This document shows, in pieces, positions 38,774 through 52,116 of a stretch of DNA of 64,000 bases. Position numbers and translations under genes: made by a program. This DNA comes from Patellaria atrata CBS 101060. Its lineage: Eukaryota. The stretch's first letter is position 1, and every line of letters starts with the position of its first letter. The DNA lies in the NCBI GenBank assembly GCA_010093705.1, contig MU006092.1:1578111-1642110 (forward strand). Reading direction: 5' to 3'. The notes beneath the pieces are model-generated. The model saw only the letters and a list, made by a program, of their open reading frames with translations, searched no databases and was not told the origin of the DNA.

Positions 38774-39476
38774 CGATATTAGATAAGCATGTGGGGAAAT
38801 CGCGTTACCTGGTAATTGAAAAAGCAAGGGAGGATTTGCTTTGGGCGTTAAATGGTGGATCCCTGGGGGAAAGAGTTCACGATCGGGCTCATTGGTAGAG
38901 ATGAGCTCACGGTTGTGATGGTCTTAAATGATTCATGGGTTTGTTCTGGGGGGTAGCGTATATGACTCGTTAATTGATTCGAAAATGGAGTTGTGGGAAA
39001 TGTGGACATGATACTCATATGGGATAACCTTCCTTGCCTGCGACCATACGGTCGAATTATCGAAAAAGAGTAGTTGATATCGAAATAGCTACGCGTGTGA
39101 AGTGAATATCCGGTGACCTTTTTTAATTTGGGCTCCTGTAGCTGCTTCTGATTGTATGAGGGTTATTTATGGGTTGGAAAAGGACGTCCATTTGGGAACA
39201 GACCTACGGCCCTTATTTAGGAACGGGGGTTTCCCCTATGTGACAAGTTGTTCGAGGAATCAAAGAAGACAACATGGTATTAAACTTTTTGTCTGAGGAT
39301 ATCTAACCATATTTTGTTTATAATACAGCCCTTCTAACGCCTAGCTTTGACATTATAAAGAAATAGACTTCCTTCTCAATTCAAACACTCTGGAATCTCA
39401 ACGGCACCCACTCCCGTCAAGATATAAAACTGACTTCCAATCAGAAAGCAAACATCTTCCTCGTCTCCAAAATCCC

Positions 39477-40185
39477 CTAAAACCTCCTCCTTGTCGGCTC
39501 CGGACTAGGACTTCTGCTCATACTCCTCTCATCCCTGCCCCTCTCCTTCAACCACTTCTTCGTACTAAGCTCTAAATCTCTGTCCAACTCCGGACTCGGC
39601 TCCTTCCTATGAATGAAGTTACAGAACCCTCCTCTGACGCACCCTTCTCCAGAATTGAGACGGCAGCACGCCTCGCGGAAGTCTGTGACAGGGGAGAGCT
39701 CGCAGTAGATGGGGCGACCAGCGTACCAGCGCGAATTGAGCGCGTCGCACGCGGCTTGAGCGGATTCTTCATACTTGAAGCGGGCGTAGACGTTGCCGAT
39801 GAGATCTACAGCCGAGAAACGCATCGAATTAGTCATTCATCCGAAGTACAACTGACTGACTATGTTTTAGAGGCGTGTACTCACGATCGTTGTTGTTATC
39901 ACAAACCACAACCTCCTCGATCTGTCCATACTTACACATCTCGCACCAGAAGTCCTCATAGAAGGCGTCAAAGTGGTTTTGTAGCTGGCTGGCGTTCATC
40001 TTGCTCTTTGGGTCGTATGCCGGGTTCTGGTAAAGGTTTGGGAGGAGGATGGTTTGGCTGTAGGAGGGCTTGACATGTTTTCTTGAACAGCGGTCGCCGT
40101 GGCGACATGCGCCGATTTTGTAGTAGAAACTGCAGTTTACTTTGTCTTGTTCAGTGCCGAAGATGGAGGCGAGGTAGTTCGCCAT
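39477..40185 (-). CDS. U2AF1: Splicing factor U2AF small subunit (exons 40185-39885, 39805-39477)
   Basis: MANYLASIFGTEQDKVNCSFYYKIGACRHGDRCSRKH; UHM with CDNNNDHLIGNVY; second CCCH finger ACCR..CVRGGFCNFIH. Confidence 0.98.
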
Positions 40186-40978
40186 GATTGCGGTTTATGG
40201 GAAAGCTGTTGAGGTGGACTAAATGTAAGAGGTTTGATATCTCTTTCTAGTAGTTTAGGATTTGGAAAAAAATTGAAGGCGGGCTGGCGGATGGTGTAAT
40301 AAAGAACCTGTTTGCGCCAAAGTTCTAACGTATCTGGTGTTGAGGCTCCGATGGAATCGTGAAGACTTGGCGAGAATAGCTGACATAAGAACCGGTAGGG
40401 GTCCACGGTGGTCCACCTGGTCTTCCCGTTTTCACTTGCTCCTTCTCGATTCTCCGAGTTTGCTATAATACCACCATTACTACCTCATTCTCTTCGACTT
40501 TCAGAAAAAATTACCAGAAAAAATTACCGAGGTAATCGTTGGCGCTTTGAAAACTCCAGATGGACTTTTTATGTCAACTTTTACAGTACCTTACTCTCCT
40601 CATCGTTCAAGTACCCCACTTGAAGCTGCGGAGTTCCGCGAGCTACGAGTAGCTACAGTAAGGTACAGATTCCAAATGCTAGACCTCGGTAAATTTTTAC
40701 ACTGTGTAGTTCAACTGGCATTAAAAGATCACTCAGACTTTCGCCAATATGTCTTTTTCTTTGAAGCCTTATAGTAAGGTACTCCAGCTGAATCCCACTT
40801 CTTGGCTTGGTTCCCTAGTTGCATAGGGGTATAAAAGCTAGCTGGGAGCCTCTGTTATCTGTTACTATACATGTCACCTATATATAAGTCGAAAATAGTC
40901 TTTCTCCTCTAATTCAAACTCCAACTCTTGATATCTCGTCTCCACCCTCAATTCCAAATTCCAGTTCAAGTTTCCATC

Positions 40979-42458
40979 ATGACCACAGAAGATATAGTGG
41001 AAGCCGTTATAGAACCCCAAGAAGATGGAAGTAGATTAATCACTGGAATAGTTGTTAAAGCAATCAGTGCTGATGGTAAGCAATAGCTCGATTTCTCCCA
41101 AATCTGTCCTAAGTATCTATACAGGTAGCTTCAGTTACAATCGAATCCATGGAGTCAGAACCTTGGATCCTAACGGTGAACGAGAATTGAATGATAGCAC
41201 CGTACATTGTATTGCTTCGATGACCAAGCTTCTAACGTCAATTGCCGTCCTTCAGCAAGTCGAACGAGGTCTCATCGGACTGGATTCAGATGTTTCCCCT
41301 CTTCTTCACGAGTACAAAGACGCTAAAATCATCGAAGGTTTTAACGAAAATGGGCCTATCCTGAAAGATATTAGCAATAAAATCACATTGAAGCAAGTCA
41401 AATACTGTTTAATCGGGGATTCGAGACTCATACTATACCAAACAGACATTTGCTCACCCACACGAGCGGTATGGCGTACAATGAAATGAATCCTCTTCTA
41501 CTTGAATGGAGTAAGAGGAACGAAATTCGAATTGGAGGATCGCCTAAGGGGGATATTGTACAGTCCTATCCCAGCTTTCTTCGATATCAAAGCTGATTGC
41601 TTTCCAGGATGCTGACTGGAATCTACCCCTCCTCTTTGATCCGGGCACTGGCTGGATATATGGTACCGGTCTCGACTGGGCAGGCAGAGTCGTACGACCA
41701 TCATACGATCTCTATTAGACGTAATTAGTGATATGAAATACAGGTAGAACGGCTGAACGGAAACATTCGCCTAGAGAATTACATGAAGGAGAACATATTC
41801 GACCGTATGGGCATGGCCTCAACCACATTCCGCTTGGAAAACCGTCCAGACCTTCAATCCCGTCTTGTTGGTCTCTCAGAACGGAACCCAGAAACCAGGA
41901 CAGTCTTCCACAGGCCGGGTACCTGGCTCCCAATTGGTACCAAACACGATTTGGGCGGCGCCGGCCTCTTCTCTACGCCAGAAGACTATATCAAAGTCCT
42001 AGCTTCGATTCTACGCAATGACGGCAATCTGCTTCAACAACAGACCGTAGATGAGATATTTACGCCACAGCTCCACGGATCGGATGTCGTAATGTTGAAT
42101 AAGATTATCCATCTTGATGGTGCGGAAGGGTTGCGAACGCTGATCCCGAAAGGCACGAAGGTGAATTGGGGGCTAGGAGGAGTCATTATATCAGGGGATC
42201 TTCCGACTGGAAGAAAAGCTGGGACTATGCCGTGGGGTGGACTGCCAAACCTGAAATGGGTGAGTAGAAAAGGGTTGAAGTGATGGGATAAGTAATACTG
42301 ATCGAAATATGTAGTTCTGTGATCGCAAGACAGGCCTGGCGGGATGCGCATTCATGCAGATTGTTCCCTCCGGGGATAAGACGGCGATTGATTTGTATGC
42401 AGAGTTTGAGAAGGATATATATGAAAAGTTCAAGGCGTCTAAAGGTGGAAAGTTATGA
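40979..42458 (+). CDS. Beta-lactamase-fold esterase/acyltransferase (LovD-like), multi-exon
   Basis: IASMTKL (SxxK); spliced ITLKHLLTHTSG; PLLFDPGTGWIYGTGLDWAG; YMKENIFDRMGM; GGAGLFSTPEDY; WGGLPNLKW; ends KGGKL*. Confidence 0.92.
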
Positions 42459-44218
42459 GTTAAGTGTGCAAAGTGACAGATATATTTCAAGGATTTGCTT
42501 TACACCACCAGGCGTTGTTTATCGAATGTTCTACGTTACTGTCTCCCGCCCGCATGTTAACCAGTACTACAGATCCTGCGTCTTTGTATCTGGAATGAAT
42601 TGTTGCTCGTGATGCGCAATACATATTCCTTAGTACAGAGCGAGCATCTCCATCACATGGGGCCGTAGTTAACGTAACCTAAATAGCATACGACTGTAAC
42701 ATTGCAGCACCTCAGGTGGACTCGGTATTCTCGACACACGATTGATAAGGGTAGACCAACTATTTCGGCTAGATAATATATCGGTACACTCTCTACGGGC
42801 TCCTTTCATAAGCGTATCATGTTATGACTTTATATACGGAGTACAGTTTGCCACAAAGACGACCTCATGGATAGTACTACAGTACAAGATTAGAAGTGGT
42901 AGGGTAAGGTACGTACCTCTTGTCATATGAACTATGAAGTGATCATCAACTGTTACGATGGAGAGGGTCATGAGTGGCGAGTTTCTGCGAACCGAGCTTT
43001 CCTCGTAGCGTGGGAACATGGCGGGAGAAAGATGCACCTTGAAGGAAAATGCAGGTTGGGGTCTATTCTCATTGGTAGACCTGTTTTTGTGTATGCAGGT
43101 TGGAGGTTAGCTCTAGGGTTGCTAGAGAGTTAGGGTGGAAGTACGAGAGAAGTCTTGCCCCTGGTGAAGCATGAAGTATGAAAGAAAGCATGAGTTCGAG
43201 GGAAGATTGTGATGAAACAGATGTAATGATGGGATGGATAATGGAAGGGTGAGGCAGTGATGTAGGTTCCTTACCTTAAGGTACCGTACCTTAGGCATTA
43301 TCAAGTTTCATGACGGTATTGATGAGGTTATATACAGTACAGTATCTCCATGGATGAAGAAGGAACGGTTCACGGGTGTGTCGTCAGCTAACAAGTGGGG
43401 AGCAGCTGCCTTCTTCGGGTCTTCGGGGTTTTGCCCTGGACCTTGCCTGACGATGGGGGTTGTCTTGGCTCCATCGCCGACTCGTGATTCGAAGGAGCCC
43501 TTGGAGTCGGGGGGCGCCCACCTACCTGCCAGTATATCTGCTTGAGATACTTGCGCCCGCCTGCATCTTTTCCTCCTTTTACATCTCAACCTAAAGCTTT
43601 TGGACACCATCTGAATTTTTTTTGTCTTTTCACTTCGCTCTTGACAAGTTGTTGACGGTCGACAAGTCCAGTTGCTCTGGCCCTTCCCGTCCGGCCCGCC
43701 CGACATGGTCACGGCTCCGAACTGACGACACCACCTCATAATTAATAAGACACCAAGCGCTTTGCGCCGCAACGTCTCTTCTTCCCGATTCTCAGTACAA
43801 ACAATTTCACTCATTCCAGCTTAATAGGGCATCATCCAAACAACCTTTATCATTTCACTGGAACTCTCTATTGGCCTCAAGTCGACTCAGTGCTAGTTGG
43901 AAGTACACTCCTGCTATCCCGGTTACCCTTGAGGACTTCTCCCGTCCCATTACCCATATACACACCGGAGAATCCTTGTTGTAGCATCCCGTATTATCTA
44001 GAATAGATTGGTCAAAGAGAAGTCGACGATAACTTGGAATAAACGATAAGCTTCAATTAGAGGTCGTTGGAGGACAATTTGCCTCAGGAGTCATGAAAGA
44101 TTTGTCATAGGGCCAACACGTTTCCTTTTCTTTCTCTTTGGAGTTGTGGACAACTAGCTTGGAAGTATAGAACATATAGGATTTAGTCAAGTCGGCTTAG
44201 GTGGGATCCGTAGTAAAG

Positions 44219-47200
44219 ATGCAAGCTGGAGGAGCGGACGATGCCTACGCTTTGCTCGAGGACTCCTTCAAAGAGGCCCCTCTCTTCAAGGCTCACAAGG
44301 TCTTACCGCATAAAATGCACGACCCGTACTCGGTCTTCCCTGCTGCTGCACCTCTGAAAACTCTCTATTCTTTAGACGACGATACGGTCTCGCAGGAGAG
44401 CTTCCAAGAGACGGTGCCATTGGCTTCGCCAATCGTAATGAACGGGCAAGAGTCGGGGCTTCCACCAACACCACCTTCTAACTCCGCTGATAACATTGAA
44501 AGACCTGGGTTTAGCCCCCCACCGTTTGCGGATGGGCTAGTATCCTCCTTGACGAAAGAGACACCAACTCTTACTACGCCAATAAACCAGAGAAGCCCCC
44601 CAACTCCTGATACAACTCCTCCGAGGACTGCAGAGAATAATACCAACAGTGCTCCCACTCGTCCCACAGCGACGACGTACCCGTCTTCAAGAGCCGATTC
44701 TTTCAAAACGGCCAGAGAAGATCAGGGATCGTCCGATGGAGAGGAGGCTGTACAGAATTCACGCCGAGCGGATACGTTTGAGTCAAATTACTTGGATGCG
44801 ACGAGACAGAGCGGGCTTGGCAATTTCGGACTGGGCGTTCAATTCTTAGAACCAAATGAAGACGATGATGATGACATAACCCCTACTGAAAAGCGCCTTG
44901 CATCCCAAGCTGGCAAAGCTACACATTACTTCGATGATCAGAAGGGAAGGGCGAGGGATATGGATCCAATTCCCGACCGGGAATGGGACACCAATCTAAT
45001 GCGGAATGTGACCGTTAGGCGAAAACGCCGACAGCCATCAACACCACCTAGGCAAATGTCAACCTCACCACAAGTGTCGCCACCCTCATCGCGAAGACTT
45101 CGACAGTCAAGTCTGCGCGTACGCGTCGATGATGGTGTTAAAGCTCCCCACAGCGATTCACTAGAGAAATTTGCGGAAGAGATTGGATGGCCAACAGAAG
45201 TCAATAACATTCTGAATGCGCATCTACGCAACCAAGATACTCGCAGAAACTCTGGAATGTCCACAACGTCTACCGTAGTAGAAGCTATTGTAGTTGCAAC
45301 GCCACCCCAGCGCCGTCGCACTTTGCGTCATACCGGGAGAAATCTTGCTCTGCGTGGAGACACCGACTCGCCATCGGATGGATCCCCCGTCGCATCTTCA
45401 AATCGCCACTCAATGAACTCTGATGAACTCCGCCTGCACCGCCTTGTACACAAACGATCTCCGTTGCCTGATAGAAGACATAGAAGTAGTGGAGAATCTG
45501 ATTTGACGGCTCGTATCGGTTGTTCTGGTGCTACTCGAGAAGAAGGCCTCGTCGGACGGCTAAAAGATAATCTACCACAACGCCATGCGTCGGTTCCCAT
45601 ACAGAGATCCGTACAGGGTCCCGATGTTGGAAGAACTCGATCTCTTCGTCATACGAGTTTGTCGAAGCCAAATACCGCTTTGAGCGTAAATAAAGGCGCA
45701 TATGATCTGTACGACAAACCTTTACCAGCTATCCCAATTTCGGAGAGCTCTCCATCACCTCATCAACTCTCAGTTCAGAAATGTCGGCAGAGGCAGAATC
45801 CTTTACCGGACACGAACAATACATCGAGTCCAAAGGAACGTCCAGTACAAGAAGACCCTCAGCATACGCCAAATCTTTTAGATACACCAAAGAATAGCAT
45901 CCGTCCCGATTCTGATGTTCTACCACCTGCAACGTTTCCTTCTCCGAAACCTCCGAAAGACGTACAGCCAAAGCTAAAGATAGAATCCCCCCCAAAACAA
46001 AAGAAAATTCGACCTAGCTTAAGCGTACAGGATACGAATACCCAACGAAGAAGCTCTGACAAATCAACTCGTACATCGAGCCATTCTTCATCGAGAGCAG
46101 ATCATGCTCACGATGAACAAAAGCTCTCACGGCGTAGCTTGGACGCCTCAACCTTTCGCACTGAGGACATTCGAAGGATAAGTACGGATCAAAGTACTAC
46201 AGATCATAGTTTGATTAGGTATTTGCACGGACAGACCCCGTTTTCTCAATTGTCAACAACACCAGACCTTGAAGTCAGCGAAGCCACGGCTATCAGCATA
46301 TATCCGCATAATAATCACTCGTTGCTCGTCGTCCAGCAAGTCGCCCGCTCCGACAATGTATCTAAACGAGATACGGAGGTCGTATCCACTCCCCCTGCCG
46401 TACAAGCGACTCAGCCTCTCCTAACGGTTGAGCCTTCAACACCTCCGGTTGGGTCAGCACCCGAGATTAATATCGATTCACCGTTCATGAATCCACGAGA
46501 CCCACCGGCGCTTAAGATCATTCCTCCTACTCCGGCTGAGGAACTCGACCGCCAGCTCACGGATGCAACCAAGGAGTCCAGATCAGGTCCCCCTGTGCGT
46601 CGGCTTTCTCTAGCCCAGCGCGCACGTAGGTACTCCGACACCATAATCCAACCACTCTTCACACGCGCTCCGTTACGACGTGCAAACACGCTGAAGCATT
46701 CCCGCCAGGTACCCAGTGTCGGTGAAGAGAAAGGAAACCTACACCCCTTTTGGCGACCCCGCGGTTTTTGGGACGACTTCAGCGACAGCGAGGACTCCTT
46801 TGATCTTGAGGATGAAGACCGTAGACTGCCGCCTGGTGGTGATACTAGTGACATTGACCTCCAACGAAGCGTCAGGAGACGGCTGACAGGTACCTTGCGC
46901 CCTAGGAACGGAGATCGCGGCGGCAAGGGCTTGATTAAGCTTCCTCGCGCATTTTCACTGAAGAGGGCTCGGACAGACCGTGTACACCGCGTCATAAAGC
47001 ACGGAAGCTCAACTTCTCTCGGCTCTCGAGGTTCTGGTCCCCATGACCACACAACAACGCACACAAGGACGCGAATAGTCAATGTTACAGAATCTAAATT
47101 TGGTTCTGACGGTACGAACTCTTCCACTTCAGCCGCTCACTCTGGGAAGAATCCGTACGTCCAGTTACGGAACCAAACAGAGAAGAGGAACAAGGTTCAT

Positions 47201-47350
47201 ACGATTCCAGGATTGGGTCTGCAGGTCCAGTATGTAGGAATCAGAGGTGTGGCGGACAGAATCAAGGAGAAGAGGGCCGAGAAGAGGAGGGAGAGGTTGA
47301 GAGCGAGTATTGGCACCAAGTTTTTGTTGCACGGAAATGAGGCCTTTTAG
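44219..47350 (+). CDS. Large intronless low-complexity protein of unknown function (about 1040 aa)
   Basis: Long open frame rich in S/P/R/T, with islands such as REWDTNLMRNVTVRRKR, EVSEATAISIYPHNNHSLLVVQQ and LHPFWRPRGFWDDFSD. Confidence 0.85.
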   Translation: MQAGGADDAYALLEDSFKEAPLFKAHKVLPHKMHDPYSVFPAAAPLKTLYSLDDDTVSQESFQETVPLASPIVMNGQESGLPPTPPSNSADNIERPGFSPPPFADGLVSSLTKETPTLTTPINQRSPPTPDTTPPRTAENNTNSAPTRPTATTYPSSRADSFKTAREDQGSSDGEEAVQNSRRADTFESNYLDATRQSGLGNFGLGVQFLEPNEDDDDDITPTEKRLASQAGKATHYFDDQKGRARDMDPIPDREWDTNLMRNVTVRRKRRQPSTPPRQMSTSPQVSPPSSRRLRQSSLRVRVDDGVKAPHSDSLEKFAEEIGWPTEVNNILNAHLRNQDTRRNSGMSTTSTVVEAIVVATPPQRRRTLRHTGRNLALRGDTDSPSDGSPVASSNRHSMNSDELRLHRLVHKRSPLPDRRHRSSGESDLTARIGCSGATREEGLVGRLKDNLPQRHASVPIQRSVQGPDVGRTRSLRHTSLSKPNTALSVNKGAYDLYDKPLPAIPISESSPSPHQLSVQKCRQRQNPLPDTNNTSSPKERPVQEDPQHTPNLLDTPKNSIRPDSDVLPPATFPSPKPPKDVQPKLKIESPPKQKKIRPSLSVQDTNTQRRSSDKSTRTSSHSSSRADHAHDEQKLSRRSLDASTFRTEDIRRISTDQSTTDHSLIRYLHGQTPFSQLSTTPDLEVSEATAISIYPHNNHSLLVVQQVARSDNVSKRDTEVVSTPPAVQATQPLLTVEPSTPPVGSAPEINIDSPFMNPRDPPALKIIPPTPAEELDRQLTDATKESRSGPPVRRLSLAQRARRYSDTIIQPLFTRAPLRRANTLKHSRQVPSVGEEKGNLHPFWRPRGFWDDFSDSEDSFDLEDEDRRLPPGGDTSDIDLQRSVRRRLTGTLRPRNGDRGGKGLIKLPRAFSLKRARTDRVHRVIKHGSSTSLGSRGSGPHDHTTTHTRTRIVNVTESKFGSDGTNSSTSAAHSGKNPYVQLRNQTEKRNKVHTIPGLGLQVQYVGIRGVADRIKEKRAEKRRERLRASIGTKFLLHGNEAF

Positions 47351-48119
47351 GATGAGTCGGAGTAATGAGAGGACGGAAAAATCAAAATGTGAGAGGATGG
47401 GTACTCGAAGGGATCATGGTTTGTGTGATGCTTCACACGTGGCCCTAATCCACCTGCTCTGGTTTTACCTTCGGGAAGCCTCCTTGTTGATAGAGCAGCA
47501 CGGAGCATGGAAACATATTTCTGTGGAGGTCTTTTCTCATCACTGTGCGGGTCACGATTGCGATGAATTACGAATACGATTTACGACTATCTAATGTTCC
47601 TTTCATTTGCTCTCTCAAATTCACTTTCTGCCAATTCTTTCTTCCTTGTCTTTTTTAATGCTTGGGCCGTTATTCGTCTTTGATCGTTTGTAGAATTAGG
47701 TCTAGGGGGTCTGCTGAAGGTTAGAGTGGAATTAAGTTGTGGACTTATATAAGCCTAGTGTATCTCGTGACTGCGTGTTCGCTTTACTCTTGACGTTCTC
47801 GCGTCAAACTTCAAACGGACAACCAACATTGACGTTTTGCGTCACAACATGTAGTCCCACCTTAGTCACAAGTTCGTCGTCCATGAAGTGCCTCAGCGTT
47901 TGCTTTGCCACATCAACGCCAAATTCCGAGCAAGACTAAGGGCACGTGTCGCTTCTTTTTTACTATTTCTTCTTTCCACTCAGTCTTTACTTCACCCTAT
48001 TTACAATTTATCCACCACGGATCGCCGCAAATTTCTACCGCGTTGATTCTCACTTCTAGTGCTCGTATATCCTGAGGATAAAACTCTACTCGAGTCACCC
48101 TCATGGCGCCGCTACAGGT

Positions 48120-49955
48120 TATGTCAATTAGCATTACTGGCCGTGAAGCTTTTGGACAAGATCATTCCCTTCAGCGACACTCCTTCCCTTTGCTCTCTTT
48201 GCCTTGTTTCGAAGAAGCTCAATCGAGTAGCAATACCCAGGCTGTACGCTCATGTCCAGCTCGAGAATGGCACGTACTTGGGTACACCATTCCTTCACCG
48301 AGTCACATTCCAAATGATCCAAAACCCTCAGCTTGCAGCAAATGTGCGCCGATTCACACTTAGAGATGCTTTTCGAATCGAGCCGTTTCCGAGCCCAAGG
48401 TTTCATTCGTCCTGCATTCGTCCTGGTCCACAGTTCCCGACCTAGAAACACCTTGATGAATGCAGTGGCGCGTTTGAACATCACCGAAGATGAGGGAAGC
48501 AAATGGTTGGAGGATGTTCGCAATGACTGTCCCAAAGATTCTGTGATTAGATTCGGTGATTGTGCTACTGTTACGTAGCCTCCTGGGACTACAGCAACTC
48601 GACCTTCCACCCGGAGAAAATTCTCACTACCTCAATAAAATGTTCACCCACGCAGCAGCGGGCAAGTATCCTTTCGGACTATCTGGCGCACTGAACCAAC
48701 TGGAGGATATAATGATCTCTGGAAACAGAGTCAGACACTCCTGTGTCTGTTTTTGAATGGTGCTTCGGTCAATTGCGTTCCCTGAAACGGGTGTTCGGAC
48801 ACAAACTAGGCCCACTTGGACCGGATTATCTCGACCTGCGTGAGTGCCGGTTACAAGAAGTGGAGATCAGGCACGGCCAGATTTCACATGGTGACTTTGA
48901 CAACTTAGTGGGTGCTTGTAAGGACTCAAGACGATGATCTATGAGTTTTGGGGTCATCCAACGGTAGGCCTGTTATATTTTCATTTCACCGTGCTAATTT
49001 ACCTTCACCTTTCCATTCATCTCTACGTCTACTAGTCGGGCTATTTCCCAGTCGATGTTTAGATTCTCATTCGAAAGCGAGTTGGTCACCAGATGAATGT
49101 CTTACAAATGCCATTCTCACGACTATTTTCACTTTTACCGGGAGTGTTTTCGCTAATATTTTGTATTAGCAGTGGCATGCCGCTCAAATGAACTCCATTT
49201 CCCGCGCCCTAGCTTCTAAGACTGACATACTCACGTGCCTCTCTCTTTCGCATTGTTTAACACAATCTGGGATAAGGACTTCCTCGGTAGAATTCGTCCC
49301 GTGTCATTCTGCGCGTTCCCGCATCTCACCCATCTGAATATTCGGAGGTGCGCAGTTAGCTACCAACAACCACCCTGGAATGCCGTCAGTTATGTACACA
49401 CTTATGTTTGGGCTGACGTAATTACCTCCTGGACTCCCTGCTCCTACAAGAATGACTCTAGAGCAGATCAAAGTGCATTTAGCCACCAAAGCCTTTCCTC
49501 CACAGCTCACTCGCCTTAAAATCCTAAGGGCAGACTACATGATGATATGCGACGATCCACCGCTCCTTGCCAATCTCTTCGTGGACTGGTTACATGAGGA
49601 ACAGAAGACTTCGTGTCCCCAAGTTCGTGAATTGACGCTCGAAGGACAATTCGGAGACTCCGATCAAGAAAAGAGACATACCCAGCAGAAGAAGTTCTGG
49701 TGGAAGGTTTCAGGGATTGTGCTCGTGGCAAAGTTGGAGGTGCGGATTTGTAACAGCAGAACGATCTACGGCGAATTATATGATGAACCTGATACCTCTA
49801 TCGGAGGGTTGGGAATGAATGAAAAGCTTCAATGGGTCCCGGATATTGATGGAAACTGTACGGCTGCTAGAACCGAGATCAATGTAGGAAAGTACATTGG
49901 GGAGTATGTGTGGAAGAACGGTGCTAGAGTCCCAAAGTCTCTGAGGAATGACTAA
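48120..49955 (+). pseudogene. Degraded F-box-like / LRR-type gene
   Basis: F-box-like LLDKII..SLCSLCLVSKKLNRVAIPRLYAHVQL..PQLAANVRRFTL continues through several short overlapping frames without clean introns; a 13-nt tandem duplication at 48536-48561 causes one frameshift. Confidence 0.7.
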
Positions 49956-50349
49956 AGGGGTAGCATCTAGCCACTTGGTCAGGAACTAAAGACTTAAAAT
50001 AGCCCAGGTTTAATATTGGGTCACACTGAATGATGCTCGATTATCAGACGATGCTTGCTGATGGGATACCAGAACAGAAATGGAGACAAATCAATCGTCA
50101 CGGTGGAGATTGAAAGAGTCAGTTTCAACCATAGATTAGAAAATATGCGAGTTTGAATCATTCATTCTCTATCGTGATATTTCCCTCGTCTTCCGCACAC
50201 TTAAGGAGAATCCCGCAGCCGCTTTTCCTTAGCCCCAATCCCCATGGAAATGTCAATACTGCAGTCAATTCCATAAGGAAGTACACGTAAATTATTTTGG
50301 CACAAAATGATGGGGATATCGACAGCGTAAAGTTTCCTAACTTCCCACC

Positions 50350-52116
50350 CTAATGCTTCTCCAATCTAACAGCCGCATTCCCGCCAATGAACCCCAAATC
50401 ACACTTATGCCCCAATAACTCCCTGATATTACTAACCCCATACTTGATCATCGTCGGCCTTTCCAAAGATAAACCAAACCCATAGACCCTCAGATCTTTC
50501 GGAAGCCCCATAGGTTCCAACATCTCCGGCCTAAACATCCCACTGTTGCCGATCTCGACCCACTTCGCGAGGCCGATGTGGTACCCAAAGATTTCCATGG
50601 ACGGTTCAGTATAGGGATTGTAAGCCGGTTTGAAGCGCAGGTTCGTGATACCCATTTTGGAGTAGAAGTCCTCGAGGAAGCGCATGAGGCCTCCGAGCGT
50701 GAGGCCGAAGTCCGCGATGACGCCTTCGACCTGGTGGAATTCTGCGAGATGTGTGGCGTCGACTGTTTCGTTGCGGAAGACACGATCAATGGAGAAGTAG
50801 CGCGCGGGCCGCGGGTCCTCGGCGAGCCGGTGGAGGACCCAGGTGCTCACGGCGGTGGTGTGCGTGCGGAGCACGAGGCGCAGACACTCGTCTTCGGACC
50901 AGGGGTAGCGGTAGCCAATGGAGCCGAATGCGCCATTTTGGTGCACCTCTTTGATGTTGTTCCAGTACGCGTCGTAATCGCGGGGTTTGGTTTGCCGGGA
51001 TTCTCCGGATGGGGGTGCGTAGAGGCGACGGGAGCCGGCTTCCATCTCTTCCATCTGCGCGTCGGTTTCGGGATCGGGGCCGGGTTTGGAGGCTTTCGAG
51101 GGGTCGGAGATGAAGAAGGTGTCTTGCATGTCGCGAGCGGGGTGTTGTTGGGGAACGAAGAGCGCGTCGAAGTTCCAGAATCCGGAGTCAACGTATCTGG
51201 AGATAGTGAGTGATAACATTCTTCATTAAGAAAAAGGGGAGAAAGGGGAAAAGGGGTAGTTTTAAGGACGTGAATACTCACCTGCTCGTTGGCATTTCTA
51301 CAAAGCCCTGATTGAAAAAAAGAGTTCTGAACTCTGCACGCACTTTGTTTAAGGGATGTAGAGCTCCTGGGTGTTGATCAGTGCCCAAGGCGTTGAAATT
51401 GTATGGCTTGAAGTTTGCCGTCTTCCAGTCACCGCTCAACAACATATCAGCAGTGAGGTCTGTGACTTCCACTGGCATCTCTCGCTGATATTTCTCTCCT
51501 TTCTTTGCAGTATAGCTTATAATCTTTTGAAGTGTTATGAGCTTGCGCTTTCGATAATCTGCTATGGTCTTGTCCTTTGCATCTTCTACTACGGTACCCT
51601 TCAGCTTTTTCAGTGCCTGACTTGTAACATCTTCTACATCCTCTGCGACCAAAATAAGATTGTCACCGTCCTTTTTGATCCATTTGTTCTTAAAAGCGGC
51701 ACCCTGACCGACCTTTGCTGAATCGGGACCGACCAATTTCTATTCATACAATAAGCTGATACCCCAAACACCTTCTATCGCACTTCCTTCGGTCTACCTA
51801 CAGGTAATTCTTTCATTGAAACTTTGCCATGCTCTTTTATAGCCGACCAGACCTTGTACTCATGACTACCCTCGGTAACTATGGTGTTTCCCTCGTCTGT
51901 CAGCTGTACCTGCTCGCCAACTGATGTATCGTACATGATCATGGATCTCGATGATAATCTGTCCAATGCCGCTTTGATCTGAGTCTGAGGAACATCCGCG
52001 AAGTCATTGTTGGTTTGTGTTTCGGGCTTCTCGCTGAGCGTGTCGAGGATCTCTTGGGTCAAGTCGCGATCGCCAGCTTGTAAGGGCACTGGGACTGGAC
52101 CTTGAATGCCAGGCAT
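50350..52116 (-). CDS. FRS2: Phenylalanyl-tRNA synthetase alpha subunit, cytosolic (exons 52116-51802, 51739-51282, 51196-50350)
   Basis: [86 protein letters not shown]. Confidence 0.98.

Noticed and set aside
46411..47127. 238 aa minus-strand ORF
   Set aside because: Antisense shadow of the large low-complexity gene
50578..51213. 211 aa plus-strand ORF
   Set aside because: Antisense shadow of the GC3-rich last exon of FRS2
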